The notes under the pieces were generated by a model. That model was given only the letters and a program-made list of their open reading frames with translations, was not told where the DNA came from and did not search any database. Positions 25,051-37,556 of a stretch of DNA of 64,000 nt are shown here, piece after piece. The first letter of the stretch is position 1; every line of letters begins with the position of its first letter. A program made the translations under genes and the position numbers. The DNA lies in NCBI GenBank assembly GCA_951406725.2, contig OX597820.1, positions 19,220,001-19,284,000 on the forward strand, read 5' to 3'. The DNA comes from Octopus vulgaris. Lineage: Eukaryota.

Positions 25051-25522
25051 ATTTGAAATAGTCATGCGTTATCTGATAGCCTTGAGATTTCAAACATGTG
25101 ATTGTTTATTTCTAAACTGACATTGTAGGGTAAGTAGGAGAAGTCAGATCTGGTTAGGTTGAACATAAAAGAAGTAGAATATTTTCGCTGGCGGATACAG
25201 GCTGGTTTAAATGCTCAAGGGGTTAAAGCATATGGGGGCCAGGGTGATTGTCCGAGACATTTTTTTGTGTGTGGTGGTGGTGGTTGTTGGGGGGGGGAGT
25301 GCATGTTATATGCCATTTAAATACGATAATTAAAATTTTATGTTCAAAGTTTCATTTTACGGAGCAAAAGCAATATTCTAGTAATAAACTGAATGTTGCT
25401 AAGTTTGATAGATAATACAATTTTGTTAATAGATAATCCTGGATTATGTGGTTTATCAATAATAGCTATGTATATAATCATGTCACACATGCCATTAGGT
25501 ACCTGCCTGCAGGTGAAATCAT

Positions 25523-25751
25523 TTAACCCGATAGCATTCAGATTACTCTGTCAAATGTAAAACTTATTTATTCACGATGTTTTGAATTAATCATGCGTTA
25601 TCTCGTAGCTTTGAGATTTCAACGATGTGATTGTTTATTTTATATCTGACATCATAGGGTAGGTGTGAAAGGCCAAATCTGGCCGCTGTGAACTTAAAAG
25701 ACAAGTAGACTATTTTAGCTGGATATAGCTGATTTAAATGCCAAAGGGTTA
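25523..25751 (+). mobile_element. piggyBac-type MITE P1, intact
   Basis: ttaacccgatagcatt...aatgccaaagggtta; TTAA-CCC/GGG-TTA termini. Confidence 0.8.
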
Positions 25752-25963
25752 GATTTTTCATGGCTATAAAACCATAGAGTTCTTTTTCTCTGTTAGCAAA
25801 AGGATTAGTTGATTAGGATCCTTTGCCGGGATACATTAAACAGAGTAGTGTGGTACAAATTGCCAAGCCTTTCATCAGCTGGTAAATTTCTTAATACTAT
25901 CAGCTCTAAAACAATTCAGATATAATTTGAATCTGGTTTTCTATTATTACATTATGATTAGTT

Positions 25964-26130
25964 AGGTGTATGAGTGGCTGTGTGGTGAGTAGCTTGCTTA
26001 CGAACCACATGGTTCCGGGTTCAGTCCCACTGCGTGGCACCTTGGGCAAGTGTGTTCTACTATAGCCTCAGGCCGACCAAAGCCTTGTGAGTGGATTTTG
26101 GTAGACGGAAACTGACAGAAGCCCGTCGTA

Positions 26131-26175
<45 letters not shown>

Positions 26176-26362
26176 ATGTTTGTGTGTCTGTGTTTGTCCC
26201 CCACCAACATCGCTTGACAACCGATGGTGGTGTGTTTACGTCCCCGTAACTTAGTGGTTCGGCAAAAGAGACCGATAGAATAAGTACTATGCTTACAAAG
26301 AATAAGTCCTGGGGCCGATTTGCTTGACTAAAGGCGGTGCTCCAGCATGGCTGCAGTCAAAT
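25964..26362 (+). mobile_element. SINE family A
   Basis: Near-consensus copy, truncated in the tail. Confidence 0.9.
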
Positions 26363-26390
26363 GCTAACGATTCTGCCAGCTTTGCTCCTT

Positions 26391-26397
26391 AATAATG

Positions 26398-26446
<49 letters not shown>

Positions 26447-26900
26447 TAATAAATAATAGTAATAATTCTTTTAACTATAGGCACAAGGCCTCAAATTTGT
26501 GGGGAGGGGACTAGTCGATTACGTCGATCCCAATGTTTCGCTGGTGCTTAATTTATTGACCCCCCGAAAGGATGGAAGGCAAAGTCGACCCCCAGCGGCA
26601 TTTGGACACGGGACAGAAAGACAGACGAAACGCCGCTAAGCATTTTGCCTGCTGTTCTAACAATGCTGCCACCACACCGCCTTAATAATAACAACAACAA
26701 CAACAACAACCATCATCATCATCATCATTATCAACATCACCAATCATCATCATCATCATCAACATCATCATCATCATCAACATCATCATCATCAACATCA
26801 TCAACATCAACAACATCATCATCATCATCATACATCATCATCATAATAATAATGATGGTGGTAGTGGTGGTGGTGGTGGTGGTGGTGGTGGTGATGATGG
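26391..26900. repeat. (TAA)n, (CAA)n, (CAT)n, (GGT)n arrays surrounding a minus-strand SINE B (26468-26682)
   Basis: Seen directly. Confidence 0.88.
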
Positions 26901-27032
26901 TAGTGAAAACTGCAAAGCATGAGGTCCCTGTTATTTATACTGTCATTTAATAGTTAGACCCAGGGTATGGTGAACTGCGATGATGATGTCATAATTGTTT
27001 TCACTCTTGCTTACTTTATGAGTCAGTAAATA

Positions 27033-27066
<34 letters not shown>

Positions 27067-27442
27067 TTGTTTGCACACCAGACCTAGCTCTTATCCATTT
27101 TGTTTGTTTTTTGGTTTTTCCTTCCCATTTCAGCGACTGCCTCTCCTACATAGTCTCTCTCTCTACTACAGTCTCTGTTCTGCTGTAGACTCTGCTTCTC
27201 ACCCTCTCGCGTATTATTGCCTTCCACAGTCCTCTTGAATAACTTTTTTCTTTATCAGTTGCTATTCGGTTATTTGAGATTTTCTTTCTTTCTCGATGCT
27301 ATAAGAATAGATATTAATGCTGGCCAAGAAGGGAGAAGGAAAAACAAAACAAAACAAAAACAAGAATGTGTTGTTGCATGGTTAACACCAAACACTGCAT
27401 ACCAAGCAACAACGACTTGTGTTTGTGCATGTGTGTGTTTGT

Positions 27443-27473
<31 letters not shown>

Positions 27474-27544
27474 ATAGAAATTTAGTTTCTCTGTAAGTTT
27501 GGGCTATAAACACTCACAAAGAACTAAAAATTGTTGGATAATAT

Positions 27545-27547
<3 letters not shown>

Positions 27548-27597
<50 letters not shown>

Positions 27598-27950
27598 TCT
27601 CACACCTTTCTTCCACACACCTGTCTCTCTCTCTCACACACACACTCTCTCTCACATCTCTCTCATATTCTCTCTCTCACACACACACATACTCTCACAC
27701 ACACTCTCTCTCTCACACACACTCACATACTCTCTCTCACACACACTCTCACACACACACACACACACACACTCTCACACACACACTCTCTCACACACAC
27801 ACACACTCTCTCACAGATACACGCACTCTCTCTCACACACTCTCTCTCACACACACACATTCTCTCACACACACACACACACACACACACACATCCTCTC
27901 ACACACGTTCTCTCTCTCGCTCTCACACATCTTTCTCATACACACTTTCT
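27548..27950. repeat. (TC)n/(AC)n interleaved microsatellite
   Basis: Seen directly. Confidence 0.95.
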
Positions 27951-28277
27951 CTTGCTTGCTTCTGCCTTAAAAATGCATTAAATAACATACATATTATAAA
28001 TGAATTAAAATAGGGAAGAGACCATTCCCTAAACTCTTCCTCGGTTATTTAAAACTGCATCTAAATTTTCCCATAGATTCTCACCCCATAAATTTATATT
28101 TATTTATATAATGTGTAGACTTTGTTGCTGTTTCATTCCCCACCCCAATACCTTATTCTTTAGCACCATAACCAAAACGTACGAAGAATTTTTAAGAATG
28201 TTTTTGCTTTCTTTTTCCCTCCCACATTTTTCCATTTTTTAAAAAATTTTATTGTATTTTATTTCTTTAGATAACAA

Positions 28278-28668
28278 CTAGCTGTATCGCCCGGCGTTGC
28301 TCGGGTTTGTTTTGACCCTTTAGAATTGGAATTTTTGAAAAGTAAAAGTTTTTCATTATGTAGCTTGTTATTCTCTTTAAGTGAACATTTTTTCTGGTTG
28401 AAATACCCCGAAAAATGGCAACACAGCAGTCAAAAAATCGTAAAAAATAGGAATTTTCATAGAAAAAAAGGACCTTTTTGATGTAAATAATTTTTGGTGT
28501 TAACATGATCCGATTTGAATTTTATCTTCTGCGGAAGGAAGAGCAAGCCTTCTTCTATCATACTCTCAATTTTGGTCAACTTGCGCCGCAGGGTCTCGGA
28601 GGAGATAGTGTTAGTTGAAGGCTACCAAACCTGCCATACACAGACAACTTCAGCTTTATATATATAGA
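28278..28668 (-). mobile_element. Non-autonomous Helitron
   Basis: Minus strand starts A|TCtatatatataaagctg and ends cccgagcaacgccggg (hairpin) cgatacagCTAG|T; inserted between A and T with no TSD. Confidence 0.88.
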
Positions 28669-29626
28669 TTTAGCTGAAAGGAAGAACAAAATATAAGACA
28701 CAAAAATGAAAGAACTTCAATATTACAGCCATATTCTTCAATTGTTTCCGAAGCAGATCTCATTTTTAAACTATACTACAATCAGTCTTAAGTAATGATA
28801 TTTAGTTCTCGTTTGCAGGGGTTGGGTGTCTGCCTTCCATCCAATGGCATCAAATAAACTTGCTTATTGGAGGTTAATTTTCACTTTTTTTTTTCTTTTC
28901 TAAACTGTATCTAGAATCACTAACAGTTGTTCCCTGATGGACCACTTTTGGGTCCTGGAATGACAATCATCCTTTGTGTTTCTGCTCTGCGCTTCCCAGA
29001 ACATGTTGCTGGCTTATTGCTGCTTGTACCAGCTTTGGATAGAGTCTGCAATATTTTTGGAAGAGGTGTCTTCTCTGGACTCTATTCCCACAATCCACCC
29101 AAGAATACTGGGCAGAGAAGATGGATAGGTGGGTGGGTGGATGGGTGGGTGAATGAACGGACGGGTGGTATCTAAGATTTTAGTAATGCTTTTAAAAATT
29201 CGGTTAAGTCCATGAAATAAAATTTGACACAAGATGAAGATTATTTCATCTCTGTGTTGTGTAAAAATAACATTGGTATAAAAAAAAAGATAAGCTGGAA
29301 GACAAAATTAAGAGAAGTCATTAATTTTCTCCCACATTCAAATGACAAATATTTTTTTAAAAACTTTACTAAAGCTACTAACATACTTTTCTTGCTTGGT
29401 GCAAGCATGGCTGTGTGGTTAAGAAGTTTACTTTTGCAATTATGTGGTTTAGGGTTCAGTCCCATTGCAATTGAAAAAGGGGTTAATCATGAGCTTCCCG
29501 GTGGACTTGCTTTGCCTGGTCTGTTGTGCCAGCAAAAAAAAACAAAAAAAACATGCTCAGCTCGTACAAGTTAATCCATAAGTAGTCTGGAGTATTTCAT
29601 AGGTTTTGGTACCATTTTTGCCCAGT

Positions 29627-30362
29627 TTAACCATTTCGATACCAACCCAGCTGAAACTGCCTCTGGCTCTGTATATCATATGTCTTGTTTTCAAAAGTTC
29701 TGAATTAAAACCTTCCCCCCAAACCTTAGTCACAATTTATGTTTCTAACACCAGCTTAATGATAACTAAGTTATTTTACTAAATTCTTTGTTATATTTAA
29801 AATTAAGTGAAAGAAACACAGAGCATCTCAACAGAAATATGGTAACAAAATGGTTAAAATATATTATAGAGAAACAATTCTTAACCCTTTTGATATCAAC
29901 CTGGCTGAAACCAGCTCTGGCTCTCTGTACAAATATCTTGTTTTCAAAAGTTTTGAATTAAAATCTTCCACCAAACCTTAGTCACAATTTATGTTCCTAA
30001 CATTAGCTTAATGATAACTATGTTATTTTACTAAATTCTTTGTTATATTTAAAATTAATTGAAAAATAAACACAGTGTCTCAACAGAAATATGATAACAA
30101 TAAGGTTAAAATATATAATAGAGAAACAAATCTTAACTCTTTTGATAGTAGCCCAGCTGAAAGCACCTCTGGCTCTGTAGTAGATATGTCTTGTTTTCAA
30201 AAGTTCTGAATTAAAATCTTCCACTAAACCATAGTCACAATTTATGTTCCTAACACTAGCTTAATGATAACCAAGTTATTTTACAAAATTCTTTGCTATA
30301 TTTAAAATTAATTGAAAGCAACACAGATCGCCTCAAAAGCAACATGGTAACAAAAGGATTAA
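29627..30362 (-). mobile_element. piggyBac-type MITE P2 tandem trimer
   Basis: Units 29627-29857, 29881-30109 and 30133-30362, each bounded by TTAA and joined by a 23-bp spacer. Confidence 0.85.
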
Positions 30363-30534
30363 CACAAATCTTTATTGCATAGCAAGCTTCCAAATTCTCT
30401 TCTCATCCTGACTGCATTCTACAAACTCATCATCTGCGGCAAGCAGTGTTTAGTAGGGTGTGTTCAAAGTGTTGTTTCGCATGTCTCCTTCAGTCTGGAA
30501 TAACAAAGCTTGGCAGGTCAGCTTATTAGATCTA

Positions 30535-30722
30535 TAGGGAGAATTTATGAAAAAAAACAACAAAAGACGAAGACAGGTGGTGTACAAAACAAACAGATGT
30601 ATTAGTATAACACTCAAGAATAGAAAAAGTCTTTTACGTTTCGAGCCTACGCTCCTCTACAGAAAGGGACACAGAAAAAAGGAGAGAAACAAGGAGAGAA
30701 AAAAAAATGTGTGTAGTGGCTA
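30535..30722 (-). mobile_element. Penelope-like terminal repeat with hammerhead-like motif (30629-30670)
   Basis: Homologous to 33803-33993 and 51520-51560; minus strand reads ttt-CTGTAGA-g-gagc(gtag)gctc-GAAA-C-GTA-aaa. Confidence 0.6.
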
Positions 30723-32234
30723 TAGTATTGCTATACTAAAATTACAATATTCTAGCACATTTATAACTAAAAATGTTTCCAAACTTCTCAAATGCATCCC
30801 TGTATATGTGTGTGACTGTGTCTGTTTGTCATTGCTTGATAACTCTGTATGTTTGTTTATGTCCCCATTCTTCCTGTAGCTTACCAATTTGGGAAAAAGA
30901 GCCCAATAGAATAAGCTACTTGTCTTGAAATTAGTGCTCAAGTTGATTTGATCACTTAAAACCTTACAGTGTGGTGCTCCAGCATGAGCACATTCCAGTG
31001 ACTGAGATAGGCTGGAGAATGAAAGAATAATTAACTAATTAATTAATTAAGCAGTAGCAAGTTTGCTAGTTAACTAGTATAGGTAGTGTGTTTGAGATGA
31101 GCCTAATCAATGCTGACTTTTTATTTGTTTGACAATTTTCTCAGTGGAGTATTTTTTGTAGTTTTTTTTTTTCTTTTTTCGTTTTTTTTTTCTTCCTTGA
31201 ATAAAAATGCTTGAAATTATTTTTAAAATGTCAATAATTAAGCTCATTAGCTAGGAACCACTTGTCACTGCTCCTTAAGGGATCTTAAATTAAATTTAGA
31301 ATGATAAGGAAGCAGGTTTTTCTGAAGGTACCCGACGCAGTACCTGAACTGTCAGGTTTTTATAAACATTAAAAATGAATCCAGACCTCAAGGAATTTAT
31401 TATGTTTTTTAAATAATAATAATAATAATAATAATAATGATAAAAACATCTATTTTCACAGTTTCCCATTAGAGTAATCTGATTTGTATTCCTTCTACCT
31501 CTATTTTGGCTGACAATGACGGACGAGATTTGAGATAAATAGAAAACAGGACTGGATTTTTTTCTTTTTAATATCTTTTTTTATCAGCTGAGACAATCGA
31601 CTGCTCAATGTCTGATTTTTCTGTATTTAAATCATGTTAAGAGTCGAGTCAGCCACACATACATCTCTCTGGGTACCAGGAAGTTCTGATTCTCTACCAA
31701 AACGATATTGAGATTTTCAAGTAGACTTTTTATATTCATTCTTTCCGTAAAATACCTTAATGCCGAGACAAAAAAAAAAGAAAAGAAATTTAATGGTAAT
31801 TTAAAAAAAAAAATATTCACAGAAATAAATACATTAAAAAAAAAACTCATTTCACTTCTTGTGGAATTATTCCAGGATTCAAAGAATAAATACGCACGCA
31901 AGAGTCTAGCAACTGTCTGATGCAGTTATAGTTTATCTGAAACCTGCGTAGGCTATATGTTGAAGGTTAGAGCTACGCAGACTAATAACTGTAGACTGTT
32001 GCAGCAGAATACAGAGTGCATCAACGAATGCAGTACATAAAATGTAGCTTGAATAGTTAAAATATTTCCAAGAAGGTGTCAAAGTACTTTCAGCCCCATT
32101 GAGTTTGTCACCTGACAGGGTCTAGACTCCTTGTTTCTCATTAAAAATCTCTTCTCCCACCTTTTGTATAGAAAGATTTATAACTACATTTTCAGACATA
32201 TTTTGTTTTTTTTTTCTGTGCAGCATTTCCATTC

Positions 32235-33207
32235 TGCGAATGCACGTGGCTTAGTGGTTAGGGTAGAAGGCGGCCAGCTGGCAGAATCGTTAGCACACCG
32301 GGCGAAATGCTTAGCGGTATTTCATCTGCCACTACGTTCTGAGTTCAAATTCCGCCGAGGTCGACTTTGCCTTTTATCCTTTCGAGGTCAATAAATTAAG
32401 TACCAGTTACACATTGGGGTCGATGTAATTGACTGAGTTCCTTTGTCTGTCCTTGTATGTCTCCTCTATGTTTAGCCCTTTATGGACAATAAAGAAATAA
32501 GAAACGTTAGCACTCTGGGCGAAATGCTTAGCGGTATTTCGTCTGCTGTTATGTTCTGAGTTCAAATTCCGCCGAGGTCGACTCTGCCTTTCATCTTTTC
32601 GGGGTCGATTAAATAAGTCCCAGTTACACACTGGGGTCGATATAATTGACTTAATCTGTTTGTCCTTGTTTGTCTTCTCTGTGTTTAGCCCCTTGTGGCT
32701 AGTAAAGAAATAGGTATTTTGTCTGCCGCTACGTTCTGAGTTCAAATTCTGCAGAGGTCGACTAAGCCTTTCATCCTTTTGGGGTTGATTAAATAAGTAC
32801 CAGTTACGCACTGGGGTCGATATAATCGACTTAATCCCTTTATCCGTCCTTGTTTGTCCCCTCTATGTTTAGCCCCTTGTGGGCAATAAAGAAATTAGTG
32901 GTTAGGGTAGTTGGCTCATAATCATATATTCATAAGTTCAATTCTCAGCAGCGAGTTGTGTCCTTGAGCAAGACACTTTATTTCCCATTTCTCCAATTCC
33001 CTCATCTGGCAAAAATGAGTTGTTGTGGCTGTAATTCAAAAACGGGCTGACCTTGTCACATCCTCTGTCATGCCAAGTCTCCCTTAGAATTACATTAAGG
33101 GTACACATGTCTGTGGAGTACTCAGCCACATGCACATTAATTTCACAAGTAGGTTGCTCCGCTGGTCGACCAACTGGAACCCTCATCGTCGTAACCGACG
33201 GAGTGCC
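32235..33207 (+). mobile_element. SINE family E (tRNA head, CORE-like gttgtgtccttgagcaagacac, tail X) interrupted by a SINE B trimer
   Basis: Head gcacgtggcttagtggttagggta resumes at 32895; tail ends gtcgtaaccgacggagtgcc. Confidence 0.82.
32267..32894 (+). mobile_element. SINE B head-to-tail trimer
   Basis: Three units flanked by one 16-bp TSD ttagtggttagggtag (32251-32266; 32895-32910). Confidence 0.9.
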
Positions 33208-33802
33208 AGTCAGTTATTTCCATTCCACCCCCACCCGCCCTTTACATGCTAATTTTTAGACAGACTTTGTGAACGCCATACTTCTTATTGAAGAATACTT
33301 TCCGAACTTTATCAAATTTCATGACATACCAAAGAAATGGCCATAAAGAGTTATGCTATTAACCACATCGATGATGTAGAATTTCTTTTTCCTTTCTTGT
33401 GTTACTTCTGTTTTTTTTGTTTTTTTTTACATTTATTTTTCATATTTCTTTGACATAAGCAATCTATCAAACTTACCAAAGTTCTTTTGTTCTTACTCCA
33501 TCAGTCTGATTATTGTTTTATTAGCTTTTTTTTTTTTGTTAACCACAAGTCAGCTTTAATCAAGCTGACATATGATCAAAGATGTTGCTGCTATGATTAC
33601 TCTCTACGTCCGCCGCCCCCCCTCCCTCATATATATATATATATATGATATTTAGGACAAAAATGACTCCATGTAACTTGTGGAAAATTTAGTTGTTATG
33701 TCTTTTCTCATTTCTCGTCATAAATGTTGGTCAATGACTTGAAAGTGTCTGATCAGGAACTCAAAGTGGTTTCTCCTAAAGATTTCTGGGTTAATATTAC
33801 TT

Positions 33803-33993
33803 GGGGAGAATTCACGAAAAAAACACAAAAGACGAAGACAGGTGGTGTAGAAAACAAACAGATGTATTAGTATAATGCTCAGGAATTGTAAAAGTCTTTT
33901 ACGTTTCGAGCCTATGCTCTTCAACAGGAAGGAACACAGAAAGAAACAAGGAAAGGAAAAAATATGTGTAGTAGCTACCGATCCATCATGGCG
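33803..33993 (-). mobile_element. Penelope-like terminal repeat with hammerhead-like motif (33894-33932)
   Basis: Minus strand reads ttc-CTGTTGA-a-gagc(atag)gctc-GAAA-C-GTA-aaa; paralog of 30535-30722. Followed by a SINE B (33990-34190). Confidence 0.6.
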
Positions 33994-34728
33994 GCAGCGA
34001 GCTGGCAGAAACAGCGAAATGCTCAGCGGTATTTCATGTCTTTATGTCCTGAGTTCAAATTCCACTGAGGTTGATTTTACCTTTCATCCTTTCGGGGTCG
34101 ATAAATTAAAGACCAGGTGTGTATTGGGGTCAATCTAATCAACTGGCCCTCTCTCCAAAAGTTTTGGGCCTTGTACCTAGAGTAGAAAAGAAAAAATATT
34201 ACTTGACATGGTGCATAGCTCAGAGGTTAGAGTGTTTCTCCAGGTTGAGCCAATATTTCTCTGCATTGAGAGGTCACATCTTCAGTTCTATGGCTGTGTG
34301 GTTAGAATGTTGCTGTGAAGGATTGCAAGACAAATTCCTCAAGCCATACAAAGATTGTGCATTCCAATAGAAATATAATAACAAAAGCATTGAAATAAAA
34401 AGCTAAGCTTATGAAATTCACAATAATAAAATACTGACAGGCGCAGGAGTGGCTGTGTGGTAAGTAGCTTACCACACAGTAGTTTAACAGGAGTTGGCAT
34501 GGCAGAAGCCTGCACCAGACTTCTGTGACTGTTTTGGCAGGATTTTTCACAGCTGGATGTCCTTCATAACACCAACCACACAGCAGAGTGACCAGCTGTC
34601 TGGGGGAAAAAGATGCTCCAGCAAGGCCTTCACACGAGGGTTGAAACAAACTAAAAAAAAACATCAGTTCATAGGCCTCTTCTGAATCAGTTACTAATTA
34701 ACATTACCTCGTTTGCCTTCTGAATTAA

Positions 34729-34934
34729 TTAACCCTTTAGCATTCAGGTTAGTTTGTAAAATGTAATTCTTATTTATTTATATTCTTTAAAGTTAATCCT
34801 TTATTATCTTGTAGCTCCCAGATTTTGATGGTGTGATTGTTTATGTTTAGAATGACATTGTAGGGTAAGTGTGAGGGGCCAGATCTGGCCATATTTGGGC
34901 CTAATGTGGCTGGTTTAAGTGCTAAAGGGTTTAA
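34729..34934 (+). mobile_element. piggyBac-type MITE P1
   Basis: ttaaccctttagcatt...gtgctaaagggtttaa. Confidence 0.8.
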
Positions 34935-35087
34935 ACAGTTGTTTTTCCTTTCTGTAATGTTTATATCTACTCTTTATACTAAGCTGTTTTATTGATACAG
35001 ATGTTATTGACCTCTGAGTGAAGACAGGTAAACAATTTCTGAATTATGTGAAATTATAGAATAATAATGAAAAAAACAAAAAAATGA

Positions 35088-35577
<490 letters not shown>

Positions 35578-35684
35578 TTGTTTTTGGGAGATGTGGTCTT
35601 TGTTTTGAAACTTTAGACTTCGGTAACAAATTCTGAGTACTGGCGGCACCGAGTCCATGATGTAAACTGGTTTTTCTTAAGAAG

Positions 35685-36056
35685 CAGGAGCAGACCCAAA
35701 GGTGGCCTGAGGGGCACATACCCTACTCAGTTGTTCAAGAATTTGGACCTGGAGATCTCCATTTCCAGTGACTTCAAGAGCCACCTCCCAGTGGTGTCGG
35801 GCGTCAACGAAGAGCCCTCGACTACAACAAGACAACCAAAGTTTTTTTTTCCCCCAAGGTCTGGGGTCTCCTGCCCCTAAGCCCTAGACCGTCACCTAAT
35901 CACCCTTACCCGTCTTGTTGCATAACAACAACAACTACCCTACTGAAGAAAAGAAGTGCACCCTTCTAAATAATGTTACTACACCCTATTCTCCTGGAAT
36001 TATATTCCCTTCAGACCTTGTGCCCGCCCTTTGAAAAATTCCTGTGACCGCACCTG
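35685..36056. mobile_element. Old non-autonomous DNA transposon (CAGG termini, hAT-like)
   Basis: Imperfect TIRs caggagcagaccca / tgtgaccgcacctg and GC-richer body; no clear TSD. Confidence 0.45.
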
Positions 36057-36281
36057 TGAAGGGCATCCAGCTGTTAAGTAACGAACAAGTTAAATAATGG
36101 GATTAATATAATCAATGCTCTATCTTTCAATTACATAAAAGATTTTACTAGTTGAGCATTGGGGGTCAATATAATCCACTTACCCCAAACGCTGAAATTA
36201 CTGGCCTCGTGCCAAGATGTGAGACCAATCTCCTGTATAAAGTTTTCAAATATAATCTAAATTATTGATTGTTTCTACTTA

Positions 36282-36664
36282 CTCTTTACTCTTTTTTACT
36301 CTTTTACTTGTTTCAGTCATTTGACTGTGGCCATGCTGGAGCACCGCCTTTAGTCGAGCAAATCGACCCCAGGACTTATTCTTTGTAAGCCCAGTACTTA
36401 TTCTATTGGTCTCTTTTGCCGAACCGCTAAGTGACGGGGACGTAAACATACCAGCAGGACAAACACAGACACACAAACACACACATATATATATATAAAT
36501 ATGCGACAGGCTTCTTTCAATTTCCGTCTACCAAATCCACTCACAAGGCATTGGTTGGCCCGGGACTATAGCAGAAGACACTTGCCCAAGATGCCACGCA
36601 GTGGGACTGAACCCGGAACCATGTGGTTGGTTAGCAAGCTACTTACCACACAGCCACTCCTGCG
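36282..36664 (-). mobile_element. SINE family A flanked by a 50-bp direct repeat
   Basis: 36232-36281 is identical to 36665-36714. Confidence 0.9.
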
Positions 36665-36929
36665 CCTGTATAAAGTTTTCAAATATAATCTAAATTATTG
36701 ATTGTTTCTACTTAGTTTATATTTCTTAGTTGAGACTGTGATAATATAATAATATCTCTTAGTTTCTGTTTATCCATTAAATTTCTCTTTTAAACTCTGA
36801 ACATAAATTGATCAGGTTTGCTACTTTGCCCTACTCTGCTGGTTTGTGGTAACCATTTGTTTTCTTTTTCTGTTCTTTTTAACAGTTAACTTTCAGTTGG
36901 CGCAGCCTTACACATACCCTTTCCATAAT

Positions 36930-37189
36930 ATATATATACATACACAGATGAGTGTGTGTGTGTGTGGAGGTTTATAAATATGTGTGCATATATCTGCTTA
37001 TGTATGTGTATATGTATGTAGGGAATAGATTTTATATATGTATATGCATGTATTTATTTGTATATGTGTGTGTGTAATATGTATGTATGTGTGTGTATAT
37101 GTATATATGTATGTATATATATGTGTGTGTGTATACACACACACACACATACATGTATGTATGTATATGTATAGGTATCTGTGTGTGTG

Positions 37190-37223
<34 letters not shown>

Positions 37224-37253
37224 TATATGTATATGTATAGGTATCTGTATATA

Positions 37254-37287
<34 letters not shown>

Positions 37288-37386
37288 GATAGATAGATAA
37301 AACTTACTTGGAAAAGGATGTTTGGCATTCGATCATATAATATAAATAATATATAAATATATGAATATATACATACATATATGTAC

Positions 37387-37440
<54 letters not shown>

Positions 37441-37556
37441 TGTGTGTGTGTGTGTGTGTGTATATATGTATATATAATAAATTGAATTTTTTTTTTTTTT
37501 TTTGTGTGTGTGTGTGTGTGTGTATATATGTCTATGTATATGTATGTATATATATA
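36930..37556. repeat. (TA)n/(TG)n/(CA)n compound microsatellite
   Basis: Seen directly. Confidence 0.95.

Noticed and set aside
27108-27238. Strong acceptor-like site followed by an open frame
   Set aside because: Low-complexity peptide, no donor and no homology recognised.
29627-30362. Repeat-spacer array superficially like CRISPR
   Set aside because: Units are ~230 bp, spacers are near-identical, the context is eukaryotic and there are no cas genes.
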